DNA of 64,000 nt, from the NCBI GenBank assembly GCA_951406725.2, contig OX597824.1, positions 53,320,001-53,384,000 of the forward strand, in the 5' to 3' direction. The notes under the pieces are model-generated. The model was not told where the DNA came from and did not search any database. It saw only the letters and a program-made list of their open reading frames with translations. This document shows, one piece after another, positions 25,096 through 37,418 of this stretch; position 1 is the first letter of the stretch, and each line of letters begins with the position of its first letter. This stretch comes from Octopus vulgaris. Lineage: Eukaryota. The translations under genes and the position numbers were made by a program.

Positions 25096-25149
25096 AATTC
25101 AGACAAGAACAAGCAAGAAAAAAACAATAACATATATATATATAACTAT

Positions 25150-25572
25150 AGGCGTAAGAGTGGCCGTGTGGTAAGTAGCTTGTTTACCAACCACACTGTT
25201 CCGGGTTCAGTCCCACTGCGTGGCACCTTGGGCAAGTGTCTTCTACTATAGCCTCGGGCCGACCAAAGCCTTGTGAGTGGATTTGGTAAACGGAAACTGA
25301 AAGAAGCCCGTCGTATATATGTATATATATATATGTATGTGTGTGTATATGTTCGTGTGTCTGCGTTTGTCCCCCCAACATCGCTTGACAACCGATGCTG
25401 GTGTGTTTACGTCCCCGTAACTTAGCGGTTCGGCAAAAAAACGATAGAATAAGTACTAGGCTTACAAAGAATAAGTCCTGGGGTCGATTTGCTCGACTAA
25501 AGGCGGTGCTCCCGCAGGGCCACAGTCACATACCTGAAACAAGTAAAAAGTAAAAAGTAAGTAAAAGTAAAG
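25150..25572 (+). mobile_element. Full-length tRNA-derived SINE with CORE-like segment
   Basis: A-box-like tggccgtgtggt, B-box-like ggttcagtccc, ccttgggcaagt, internal TA/TG tract, (gtaaaa)n tail; three more copies in the window. Confidence 0.85.
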
Positions 25573-25580
25573 TATATATA

Positions 25581-26135
25581 TCAGGTCATCCCATAAGTAA
25601 TGTCCGATTTTAAATAAGTAAAACAAGTGTTCAAATCTTGCATTTTAATGAAATTTAATCGTCAATATAATTTCCATGACTATTTATAATATCTTCTCAT
25701 TTACTAGTAAGGTTTTTAATCACATTAGTGAAAAACTCTTTCGGTTTCAAAGAGAAGAACTCTGAAAGGTCAGTTTCGATTTCCTCGGTTGTTTCGAGAG
25801 TTAATCCATCCAAATGATTCTGTAAACTTCTCCAAGTTCTTTCTTTCAGACACTCTTCGTCATAAGCTGAGTGAATAATCCGATTCGCTTCAGTTGCAGA
25901 GTTCCCATTTTTAAACTCATAAAGCGCCTCAAATACTCCTTAGACACTTACAAGTTTGTAGAGCTATAATTAGTGAAATTTCAATCAGATTATCCTGCAA
26001 AATAAAATTTAATTATTTTTAATATGTCCAAATAAATATAAATATTACTTGATAGCATTAGACATTCTAAAATAATGTCAAAGCGTTTCCAAATTGAAAA
26101 TATAGAAGTCCGGACATTACTTATGGGATGATCTT
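25581..26135 (-). mobile_element. Internally deleted mariner element
   Basis: TIRs tcatcccataagtaatgtccg / cggacattacttatgggatga; LQNHLDG mariner-like C-terminal peptide on the minus strand. Confidence 0.75.
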
Positions 26136-27098
26136 AACGTTACCCTCGACTTAAAAACCTCACTTTATTACCCGTACCATAAACCAAATGAATCCCTTAG
26201 ATATATAGACATTAATTCTAACCACCCCAAAAATATATTAGACAACCTAGTGAAAAGTGTCTCAATTAGAATATCTAGCCTGTCCGCTACTGAAGATATC
26301 TTTAATGCCGCAGCCTCCTATTACAACGAGGCCCTGGCCCGCAGTGGCTTTAAAGATAAGATCACCTACATTAGCATAGCCCCACGCCAACCCAGGAAAA
26401 ATAGGCGAAGACATATTAGCTGGTACAACCCCCCCTTCAACCGTGAGGTCTCCACACCTGTAGCTAAAATTTTCTTCACTCTCCTACAAAAACACTTCCC
26501 CACCCAACATAAGTACTATACAATCCTAAATAAGAACACCATTATACTCTCCTACTCCACCACGCCCAATCTAGCCAGGAACCTAGCCAACAATAACGTG
26601 AAAAAACTTAATAAATTTACTTTTTCCGGGGCCCATCCAACATCCGAAAGCAATTGCAACTGCCCTGATAAAACCACTTGCCCCCTCAACAACAACTGCC
26701 TACAGAAGGACCTCGTCTACACATGCGAGGTACGATCAGGCCCCGATGATAAAAGAAAATCGTACATCGGAATGACGTCAAACAGCTTTAAGACTCGTTG
26801 GTACGCCCACACACATTCGTTCCGGCGACCTGACAAATCTAACCAAACTACTCTCGCCGCCCACATCTGGTACCTTAAAAGGAACTCCATCCCCTTCAAG
26901 ATCAAGTGGAGACTACTACAGAGGGCGCGTTCGTACACAGGAGGCCATACCTGCTGTGACCTTTGCATTTCTGAGAGCCTGGAGATCTTGTTCGCCAAAG
27001 GCCCTCTCCTCAACAAGATCTCGGAACACTCCTCAAATTGTATGCACAAGATTTATGCAAACTACAAAAACTACAGACCCACCCGGCAACCCGATTGA
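26134..27098 (+). CDS. PLE RT C-terminus and GIY-YIG endonuclease (partial)
   Basis: VTLDL..PYHKPN..YIDINSNHP, WYNPPF, CNC..CPL..CL, VYTCEV..YIGMT..FKTRW..H, CDLCISE. Confidence 0.88.
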
Positions 27099-27675
27099 CG
27101 ACACCCCACCCACAAACCCCCCGCCCCCACCGTTCCCTCAGCACCCCCAATTACCTTCTCTCCTAAGACAATTCACATTGTATGTGTACACATGTATATA
27201 TGTATAGATATGTATGGGTGGAGGTATGAATATACGTATGTATGTGTGTGCGTGTATTTACATGCGTGTATATATATGTATATGTATATATATGTGTATA
27301 TATATGTATGTGGATATATATATATGTACGCTTGTGTGTTTATGTATATGTAGGTATGTAGATTTATGTGTATGTGTATGTTTGTAGGTATATATATATA
27401 TACATATGTGTAAATAGGTATACATGTGTATGTTTATATGTATGTATCCGTCTGTATGATGGGTAATTGCACGTATATATATTTATTATTTATTATTTGA
27501 GTATGCATGTATGTATATATGTATATGTTTGTATGCATGTATGTATTTATGTATATATAGATGTGCGTGTGTGTGTGTATGTGTATGCATATGTATATAC
27601 ATATGTATACATTTATGTATGCGTATGTGTGTTGGTGTATATATGTGTATATATGTGTATTTGTGTGCGTTCGTG

Positions 27676-27740
<65 letters not shown>

Positions 27741-27847
27741 ATATATGTGTGTATATGCCTGTATACCTCTGTGTGGATGTATGTATGTATATGGGTGTGC
27801 GTACGGATGTATATGTATGTGTATGTAGATGTGTGTGTATGTATATG

Positions 27848-27890
<43 letters not shown>

Positions 27891-28181
27891 ATATATGTGT
27901 ATGTGTATATATGTGTATATATGTATGGGTATATATGTGTATATGTATGTATGTATGTGTATGTATGTATGTATATGTATGGACTTGTTGGGTTTCATTT
28001 CATATATGTAGATAGATGTGTGTGCGTGTATGTGCGTAGATATGCGTATGTGTATTAGTATGTGCATGTGTATATATATGTGTATGTATATGTATAGATA
28101 TATGGATGTATGTGTATGTAGGTATGTATATGACTGGTGTAAGTATATATGTGTATGTATATGTAGGTATATGCGTGCGTG

Positions 28182-28226
<45 letters not shown>

Positions 28227-29030
28227 GTATATATATGTATATGTATATATATGTGTGTATATATATATATATGTGTATATATATGGACTAGTCTTCTGTG
28301 TGTGTGTAGGTGTATGTATGTGTATGCGTGTAGATATGAATTTGTAGGTACGTGTACGTATGTGTATATACGTGCATGTATGTATATGTATGTGTGTAGG
28401 TAGATATATGTAGGTATGCTTTTATGTACACGTGTATGCGTGCATGTGTGCTAATATGTACTTAAAGGCGTATGGATGCGTATATATGCGTATGGATGCG
28501 TATATATGCGTATGTATGCTTATATGCACAAATGTCTGTATATAGGCATATGCGTCTATATATGCGGGCAGATGTTCATGTGTGTTTATGTGTACGGAAG
28601 TACATTTATATATGTGGTTTTGTGTGTACATAGTTATATGTGAAAGTCGGTACACTTATGTATGTATGAATATAACACGTGCGTCTGTGTATGTGTATGA
28701 GTGTGCGTGTGAGTGTGTGTGCGTGTGTGAGTGTTTGTGTTCGTATCAGTGGGAAGAAAGATAGAAAGGAAGGGAGAGGGGCAATAAATGGATTCTTTAG
28801 GCCAGCTAGGCTAGATCCCTTGGGAGAACCCTACTTCAGTGCCGGCCTGGTTGGTGGAGGTCAAAATAAAAATAAAAATAAAAATAAAAATAAATATAAA
28901 AATAAAATTAAAATAAGGGAAGAAATGTGTGTGTATGTGTGTGCATGTATATGCATATGTATGTGTATGTATATATGTATGTATATATATATGTATATAT
29001 ATATATATATATATATAAGTGTGTGTATGA

Positions 29031-29063
<33 letters not shown>

Positions 29064-29297
29064 GATATAGATATGTGAGCGTGTGTGTATGGGGGTGTAT
29101 ATCCTCTTTTATATTTGTTTTTATATTTATTTATTTATATATATATGTGTGTAGATATATGTGTGTATGTATGAGTATGGGTATGGGTGTGTACGTAGAT
29201 GTATGTAAATGGGGGCATATGTACATGTGTATATGGATGTATGTGTGTATGTGTATGTATATATGTATATATATATATATATGTATATATGTGTATG

Positions 29298-29328
<31 letters not shown>

Positions 29329-29581
29329 ATATGTATGTGTGTGTGTATATGTATATATATATATGTATAAGTGAGAGTCTCCTTATTTACCTAAACTCTA
29401 TTATTCTATTTATTCTTTTATCTACTTTATCACTGATTCCTTTGACCACTCCCCTAAGAATGATAGTTTGCGCCATGCCTACCCCGAAAAGTCCCCCACC
29501 ACAACAAAACGACCATGGGCTCCTAGGGAGCGTTTGTTCGAATAGCTTGCTGCGCATTTGTTTGGAGATTTAAATTCCTGG

Positions 29582-29667
29582 ATTTTCCTGAAGAGAAAGC
29601 TGCAAAATGGTCTCCTTATTCAATCCGAATTTGGAAATTTGCAGCCTTTGAAACATGTGTAGAAAAT
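29582..29667 (+). ncRNA. Type I hammerhead ribozyme with long stem II
   Basis: attttc-CTGAAGA-gaaagctgcaaa..tttgcagccttt-GAAAC-atgt-GTA-gaaaat; intact core, 6-bp stem I. Confidence 0.8.
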
Positions 29668-30217
29668 AATAAAAAGGAATTTTGTAGAATCTTCGTTCAG
29701 CTCCATTTCTTCCCTTCACTAAATATATAAAACTTCAATTATCCGCGCTAAGGCACGGTTGCGACACCCCATGGTCGTAACCTCAACCGTGTTTTTTCTG
29801 TTGTGATTTTTGCTACCCAGGTATCGGTTAAATTTTGAATAATCCGTAACAAGATAATTCATTTATCCATTTCATATATATATATATATATATATATTAA
29901 GAAATTCTTTAAAACATTTTCTCTCCGAATTTTTGCGTAAACTGGCGTTGCAAGCAGAGCTGATGCAGGAACAGTTGTAACGAATCATTAAAGATGTGTT
30001 AAAGAATTTATTATTTGTATCATAATTTACTCATCACCAAACCCACATAACGTCGTGACACCAGAATTTTTTACACTTGAAGAATTTCGGCATTGGTCTC
30101 GAAACCGACAGTGTTAATAGCCCAGGACTCGGGTTGAGTGCTTTTTTGGAAATACCTTGCCAGAACCTAAGATGTGTGTGTGTGTATATATACCGTATAT
30201 ATATATATATGTATGTA

Positions 30218-30249
<32 letters not shown>

Positions 30250-30275
30250 TCTGTGTGTCTGTGTGTGTGTGTGTA

Positions 30276-31512
30276 CAGGATGCGTAATATGTTTGAGGTC
30301 ATTTTGGGGTCATTGCTGCATTTTTTGTATAATCTTTGTTTCGGAATATAATAATGGCAGATCCTCAGCTTACTCCAGAAATGAAGAGGCATGCTGTTAC
30401 TGTGGTTATAAAGGCTGAGTATAGCGATTTAGAAATATCTCGATTTTTAAAAGTTTCCAGATTTTTCGTCTACAAAGTTTATAAGGTGCTAGAGACTGAA
30501 GATGGAAACGTATCACCAGCATCAAAGCTTAAAAAGCATTTTAAACCTTCTGAAATCATCACAACACCTGAATTTATCCAGCAAGTTCAACAGACCATTG
30601 ATTACAATCTCAGAAAGTCTATGACGTCAATTGCAAAAGATCTCCAAGTGTCAATTGCAAAAGATCTCCAAGAAGGAATAGTCAGAAATGTTGTCCACGA
30701 AGACATCAGATATAAGTCTTATATGATGAGGGAAGGTCAATTTGTCAGAAAAAGTAAAAGAAAATCACTACATCAGATCTAAAATGCTTTTAAACAAACT
30801 GAAAAATCCAACAGAAGATTTGATTTGGTTTTTCTCAAACAAGAAAAACTTCGACCAAGATCAAAAAGTTAACAGACGAAATGACATGGTTATGTGCAGA
30901 CTCTTCTAAAGTTCCAAGTACTATGCATACAAAATTTCCTGCAACTGTCATGATTTTAGGGGTTGTCAGCAATAAAGGACATGTGATGCCTCCTTACTTC
31001 TTTTCACAAGGCCTTAGAGTTAACTCTGCCGCCTACATTAAGGTCCTGGAATCAATTGTTAAGCCCTGAATAGACAGTGTATGCAATGGAAGGCCATATG
31101 TGTTTCAGTAAGACTCTGCACTATCACACATAGGTCTAGTAACACAGGAATGGATGGCTGAAAATTTTCATGATCACATAACCCCTAGCGTTTGGCCTCC
31201 TAATTCCCCAGACCTCAATCCATTTGACTATTACATGTGGAGCATTTTTGAGAGAGAGGTCAAGGAACACGCCCATAGCACCACAGGTTCTTTGAAAACT
31301 GCTATAGTCAGAGTAATGTCCAAAATTAACCATGACTATTTGATTCGAGCATGTAGATGATTTAGATCTCATATAGAAGCAGTTGTTGAAGCTGAAGGTG
31401 GCTTTATTGAATAACATTATAGAAAAGAAGGTTTATTTTTATCCTCATAGCATCTTTTTGATAAATAAAGTTATCTGTTATAAATCTGTCCTCAAATATC
31501 TTACGCACCCTG
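30276..31512 (+). mobile_element. Full-length DD37D (maT) Tc1/mariner transposon with disrupted transposase (30354-31414)
   Basis: TIRs caggatgcgtaatatgtttgagg / cctcaaatatcttacgcaccctg, TA on both sides; 37 residues counted between D(SALSH) and (NPF)D; WPPNSPDLNP. Confidence 0.9.
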
Positions 31513-31571
31513 TATATATATATATATATATATATAGATATATAGATGAGTGTATTTTACCTTGTTTTTTC

Positions 31572-31658
31572 ACTTTCCCGAAGAGAAGATTGCATTGTTT
31601 ATACCTTTTATTCTTTTGAATAAGTATCAGTGGAATTTTTGAAACATATGTAGAAAGT
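31572..31658 (+). ncRNA. Type I hammerhead motif (U4C core) related to 29582
   Basis: actttc-CCGAAGA-gaagattgca..tggaattttt-GAAAC-atat-GTA-gaaagt. Confidence 0.7.
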
Positions 31659-31720
31659 AAAAATACTTGTTTAAACCTGCGTTAACTCCATTTTTATTCA
31701 TATATATATATATATATATA

Positions 31721-33083
31721 CTAGACTAGACTACCCGTTGGGTCACCAATAGTTCAAGGTATCCGAAAAAAACGCGTATCTCGGTAACCCGTAGACCGAT
31801 TTGCGGGAAACTTATTTTATTCAGTTTGCATTCACTTGAGCATCCGATTTATGATTCTCCTGCTTTTGTCTCTTTCCCTCTCTTTCGCCAGATGCTCAGC
31901 TCTCCCAGTATCCAACTGCTGATATCTGCTGCTTCTGTCTCTTTCCCTCTGTTCCGCCAGACGCTCAGCCCTTGCTTTATTAGTCTCATCGATCCTTCTA
32001 TTTGCATGCCTGTCTGATCTTGGATAAATATTTCGTAACGGACCCGTTCGTACTTCGGTGTGAAATAATTTTTTCCACAAGGTTTTTGAGTGCATTCAAC
32101 GCGTCTCACCTCCAAACCAATCGTAAGCTACTTTCTTCCGGAAAAGAAAAGGGGATGGGTGATGAGGACTTCGGAGTTTCTCGAGAAACTCTGAGTTTCC
32201 CACCAACGGAGTTTTGTTTCGTGAGTTTTTTTTCTTTTCCAGGTTATTTCGCATGTTTTCAACGAATGTGACATCGAAATCATGCGTAAACGGTTCCCTT
32301 CCCCAGAAAAGGGAAGATTTGGTTACTATTTCATGCACACCCTGCTACCACGTAACATTTATTTCGGGTCCTTTATCGGAAATAGCTGTTACGTGGTAGC
32401 TGGGTGTGCTAAAATTAGTAACCAAGTCTTTGGAGGTGAGATATGTTAAATGCACTCGAAAAAAACATATGGAAAATAATTATTTCACACCGAGGTTACG
32501 AACGGGTCTTTTACAAATATTTACCGTATTTTTAAAGTCAGTTTTACTTTAAAATACTTTTTTTAAACATGCCCAAAAATCTTTGTAACGGTATTCACTT
32601 AAAAATGATTATTTTTTAAAATTAAAATATTGTCTGTTTAAAGAAAGCTAAAATATAAATACTTACTGTACAAGTAACTTAAATTTTTGAAATCACATTC
32701 ACTTAAAAATATTTCTAAATGATTAAAATAATGTGCTTAAGAACAGCGAAAATAGAAACATTTACTGTAAAAAAAACTCGTATATTTTCGTTGGCAAGTG
32801 AGTCATATGTTTAATCGAAAAGTTAGAGTTTCTTCCCTTTCAGGATTTGGTCATTTTCGGTTTATTTTCTCATTATGCACCGTTTTGGCTATTTATACCT
32901 CACAAAACCCCTAATAATTCAAGACACAGTTATCCGATTTACGCGAAGCTTGTTTTATTCCGTTTGTAATCACGTTTCAGGGGAAGCTTAATTCATACTA
33001 TTTTTCCCATAATGCGCCAGTTTCGCTGTGTAACATTGCAAGTAAGTAAACAAGATTGAAGTTCATTTTTAATGTAATATAGA
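31721..33083 (-). mobile_element. Non-autonomous Helitron with an STPR-like repeat remnant
   Basis: 5' A|TCTATATTACATTAAAAA at 33083; 3' hairpin ACCC aac GGGT then CTAG|T; peptide DETNKARAERLAEQRERDR resembles RepHel N-terminal repeats. Confidence 0.6.
32022..32525. repeat. ~500-bp foldback / MITE-like element with ~95-bp inverted ends
   Basis: 32022-32115 is the imperfect reverse complement of 32430-32525; no TSD seen. Confidence 0.65.
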
Positions 33084-34094
33084 TATATGCATACATACAT
33101 AAATACACACACACACACAATATATATATATGTATATGTATACACACACACACACACATATCTTCATTGAAGCGTAGAACCCATGTATTTCTGCGTCGTT
33201 AGCATGTCGTCAGCTACGGATACCAGGTCTTCGCACATAGGCTAAGGTGTTTTTATATTAAAACATCAACTAGTACATTTAGTGGTGTGCTAGATTTAAT
33301 CAATCAGAGGCGTACTAAGCAACTGTTAATGAAAAATGTGTACAATTATATTTTGCATGCTCGTGTAAACTCGGACATGGAAAGGCACACGCTGCAAATA
33401 TTATCTCGAGAGACGTAAGTTTTGTTGAATATGATTGTACACGCTTATATGGGTTTTGTAGTATATACGGCACATGCGTGCGTGTGTGTATGTGTGTGTG
33501 TATTCATCATTTTTTTGTTTTTCCTTTCTCTCACTCTTTTTCTCTCCCTCATTTCTCTTACTCTGTCGCTTTCTCTGAAGCATTTGTCTTTTGCAATATG
33601 TACATCTGTTTGTGCTTGTACATACATATGTATGCAAGTACATACATATGTGTGTGTGAGCGTGTATGTGTGTGTATGTATGTATGTATGTATGTATGTA
33701 TGTATGTATGTATGTATGTATATAGATATTCACATGCATATACATGTATACGTCCATATATGCATTTATGTTTCGTATGCTCTGTGAATGCGTCCTCATG
33801 TTCATACGCAAAATGTATATCCTTTCGTCATATTAATAAGATACGAGCCAATAACCCTGGAGAACTCCACTCCTGTGAATTCCTGAGTTTCATCAGTAGA
33901 ATCTCATGAAAATTGAGTCGTTAAACGAGTATGATGTTGTTAAAACCTCTCAAATTTATTTCTATTTAAAGTCGTTGTTGCCTACCAGTTTCATCATCAT
34001 CATCATCATCATCAGTGTCATCATCGTAATCATCATCATTATCTTTATCGTCATCATAATCACATTAACAGCAGTCGTAGATACACCAGCGACA

Positions 34095-34275
34095 GTGGAG
34101 GCGCAATGGCCCAGTGGTTAGGGCAGCGGACTCGCGGTCGTAAGAACGCAGTTTCGATTCCCAGACCGGGCATTGTGAGTGTTGATTGAGCAAAAACACC
34201 GAGGCTCCGGCGGCGGGTGGTGGTGAACCCCGCTGTACTCTTTCACCACAACTTTCTCTCACTTTTTCTTCCTAC
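34095..34275 (+). mobile_element. tRNA-derived SINE, 5' part
   Basis: A-box tggcccagtgg, B-box gtttcgattccc; same family as 46690-46998. Confidence 0.75.
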
Positions 34276-36325
34276 TTCTGCCACAAAGCTGATGAACGAT
34301 GGTGTGGTAAACTTTCAGGTCCTAGTCTAGATTGCGAATTCTCTATACTCCATGATGGTTCGGCTCTCCACCCGTTAAAAGCCACCGTTTACGGAATGAG
34401 GATAACAACGTAGCTTTCGCGCCCGTGCAACCGCCAGTCTATCGCGTGTGTAGAGTGGATCTTCAAGTTGCCACACGCATTCTTAATAGCTTAGAGTAGG
34501 CTCGAATTAGAGATTATTCTTTGTGGCAAATGGCGTGAGCCCCGATTGGAAGAAGAAGAAGGCGACAACGACAATAACATCAACAAACAATCCTGAAATG
34601 AGCCCTCGTATATTTGCATTTAAATTTGAATTACTCTTTGAAGTGAGTGAAATAAGAATGGAAATTTTAGTGTTGAGAGATGAGAGCAGTGATTAATAAG
34701 CAATATATGCAGAATGTAGTACAGAGCAAGATGTGTGACGTGGTTATTAAGAAATGGATCGATGGTATCATGTAAAACAGGCATAGAAGTGGATTTCGAA
34801 AAGTTAAAAAGACGTTGCGTAAGTGCATGAGAACTGTTTAGTATCGCTGCAATGCACGGTAAAAACTGCATCAAAAGTGTTATACAACAGGAGAGTACTA
34901 TCTACAGAGGTGTTTGGCTTGTGGGCAAGTGCTGTCGAATCAATAGTACAGTACCATTTGAATGTTATCACAGTTGATGAGTGAGTGATTATTTCAGTGA
35001 ACTGTTAATAATGAAATGATGTGAGTGCAATTCTTAAGTGGTGTCGCATTAATGAGGTTCGTTTTAGAGTGATTGATTTAGAAATAGAATATAAGTGGTG
35101 TGACAATAATTCTTTTTTATAATTTACTCTATAGAGGATGTGCGTTGCGTCCTTGCCTTCCCTAATCTGTAAAGTGGTTGTAGTTGTTACTGTTGCTCTT
35201 TAGTCGCATATCAACTTTGTTTGACCATAGCCGTGATGAAATGCATTCCATCTGGGACTATCCTATATATTTTCAGACATAGAACAATAAAACGTGTTTT
35301 GTTCAGTAGGCTCTTCTGTGTTTAAGACGGCAGTTGACTGATGTTTCTCTTTGGTTGAGCAACTATATAGTGTCCCTGGTTGGTTTGAACTGCTGGAGAG
35401 AATGTCGTTAGTGTTTTACTGGTTGATGTCTGAGGGAAAAACAGAAAAAATCCAGAGCATTCTGTATGGAAGAAGGTAACTACTAAACGTTAGGTCTGTT
35501 GGAAAAGATAGTAAATAACAAGAGAAGACCAATATGAATCAGATGGCTTATGTAATGTAGCACACAGCTTGTTATTTCAGACTGTCAGTAACTGATATAG
35601 TTAAAGAGATGAAAAGAGAGAAAGAGAGAATGTATGTGTGGGAGAGAGAGAGAGAGAGATCTAAGGAGTGAGAGAGAGAGTAAGAGTGAGAGAAAGAGAA
35701 AGAGTAAGAGAGATAGACTAAGTGAAAGGGAAAGAGAGAGAGTATACAGCTTGTCGTTGTGTGAGTAGCTGTATGTTGGTGAAAGAATATTTTCGAGCCA
35801 GTCGATGATTGTTTTGCCTGCTATGTTTTCACGTGTACCCGCAGTGCTGATCTAGATGTGTCAATCATACTTTATTGCGGGATCACACTTGGTTACTAGA
35901 TGCTCATAATTTATGGTATTGAGGAGATGGCCTCTGTGTTGCAGCTTTCATTATGATCTAGTTATGTGATTGCTATCAGATTTTGAGAATGAGCATTTGT
36001 AATGTTTGGTATTCTTGCGGCATATAAATATCTATTGATGGATAATGACTGAAACCGGTACTGAAATGTATTTTTTTTATAAAATTACTTTTGCATTTTC
36101 TACCTTGACTTTTTTCCATTGACTTTTATATATATATATAAAAGGAAATGAAGAAAATGCTGACAAAATAATTTAAGTAATTTAAGTAATTTAATTAGGT
36201 GAAAGTTCTTTTTACCGGTTGCGCATTTGTTATGCTTATCAAAAGATTAGAGTTCCTTTCTGATAAATTTTTCTTCATTTCCTTTTTTATATATCACAAC
36301 TCGTGTTCCACATCTCCTTTTTTAA

Positions 36326-36448
<123 letters not shown>

Positions 36449-36488
36449 TAGATAGATAGATATATATATACATATATATATGTACACA

Positions 36489-36548
<60 letters not shown>

Positions 36549-36569
36549 AACATATACATACATATATAT

Positions 36570-37418
36570 AGGGTTCGGTGAATAAACTGTCGTCTAAATT
36601 ACGCAAAAATGAAAATAACACTGACATCTCATTTTAATATATATTTACCAAAATTACATAAAAATATCTTGAAATACTAAAGAGTAAATTTATTCAATAA
36701 AATCGCCATTGGCTTCAACCATGGCCTACAGACGACTTCGGAATCTCTTGCAACTCTTCTGGACGATCCCCTTGTTTGAGTTGGTGAATGCTGCCATAAT
36801 CCTAGCCTTCAGTTTATCTTTGGTGTTAAAAAGAGTTTTGTTGATTTCTCGATCAACTGCGACCCATACATAATAATTAAGGGGATGCAGTCTGGGGAGT
36901 TAGGTTGCCAGATGTTAGGAGTGTTGTGGTCACAGAAATTGTCTGACAGCCATGCCTGGGTTCTCCAGCTTGTGTGGCATGGTGCAGAGTCCTGTTGCCA
37001 GACATACGGTCTTCCACCAGTTACCCTCTTGACCCAGGGCAGCACTACCTCTTCCAAGCACTTGATGCAGGCCTCCGTGTTGAGTGTGAGACCATGTGGG
37101 AACATGAATAACGTCGCCATCACTAATGATCACATGATGTTGACTGGATGTTTTATTTTTTATCACTCTCAGTACGTCCTCAGATTGACACCCAAACACT
37201 CTGAAATGCTCGTATTGGAGCTTCCGATGCGAATGCCAAGCAATATAGCATATCGTTTCCAAATTTCTGGCAGAGTGAATTGCGTCATTGTGCTGTTTTT
37301 CTCACAGACGGTGCCCAACTGATCCCACTATACTATATAGTCGACAAAATCAAAAACAAAAAATGCGCATGCGCAAAATAAAAAGTATAAATTGGTGACA
37401 ATTTACCCATCACACTAT
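36570..37418 (-). mobile_element. Internally deleted maT-like Tc1/mariner transposon
   Basis: PYVWQQDSAPCH..WQPNSPD; degenerate TIRs; preceded by (TA)n. Confidence 0.8.

Larger units (their letters stand above)
26134..29872 (+). mobile_element. 5'-truncated Penelope-like element (Naiad-like) with a ~2.2-kb microsatellite 3' region and pLTR
   Basis: RT thumb and GIY-YIG ORF, TA/TG tract, conserved block, hammerhead, ends in (TA)n; continuity across the tract is inferred. Confidence 0.7.

Noticed and set aside
26250-29502. Selenoprotein-encoding Naiad with a SECIS
   Set aside because: No in-frame TGA at Cys positions in the visible ORF; the ATGA in the conserved block lacks the SECIS stem and AA-loop spacing
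34095-34170. tRNA gene
   Set aside because: No complete cloverleaf or terminator; continues into a SINE body found elsewhere in the window
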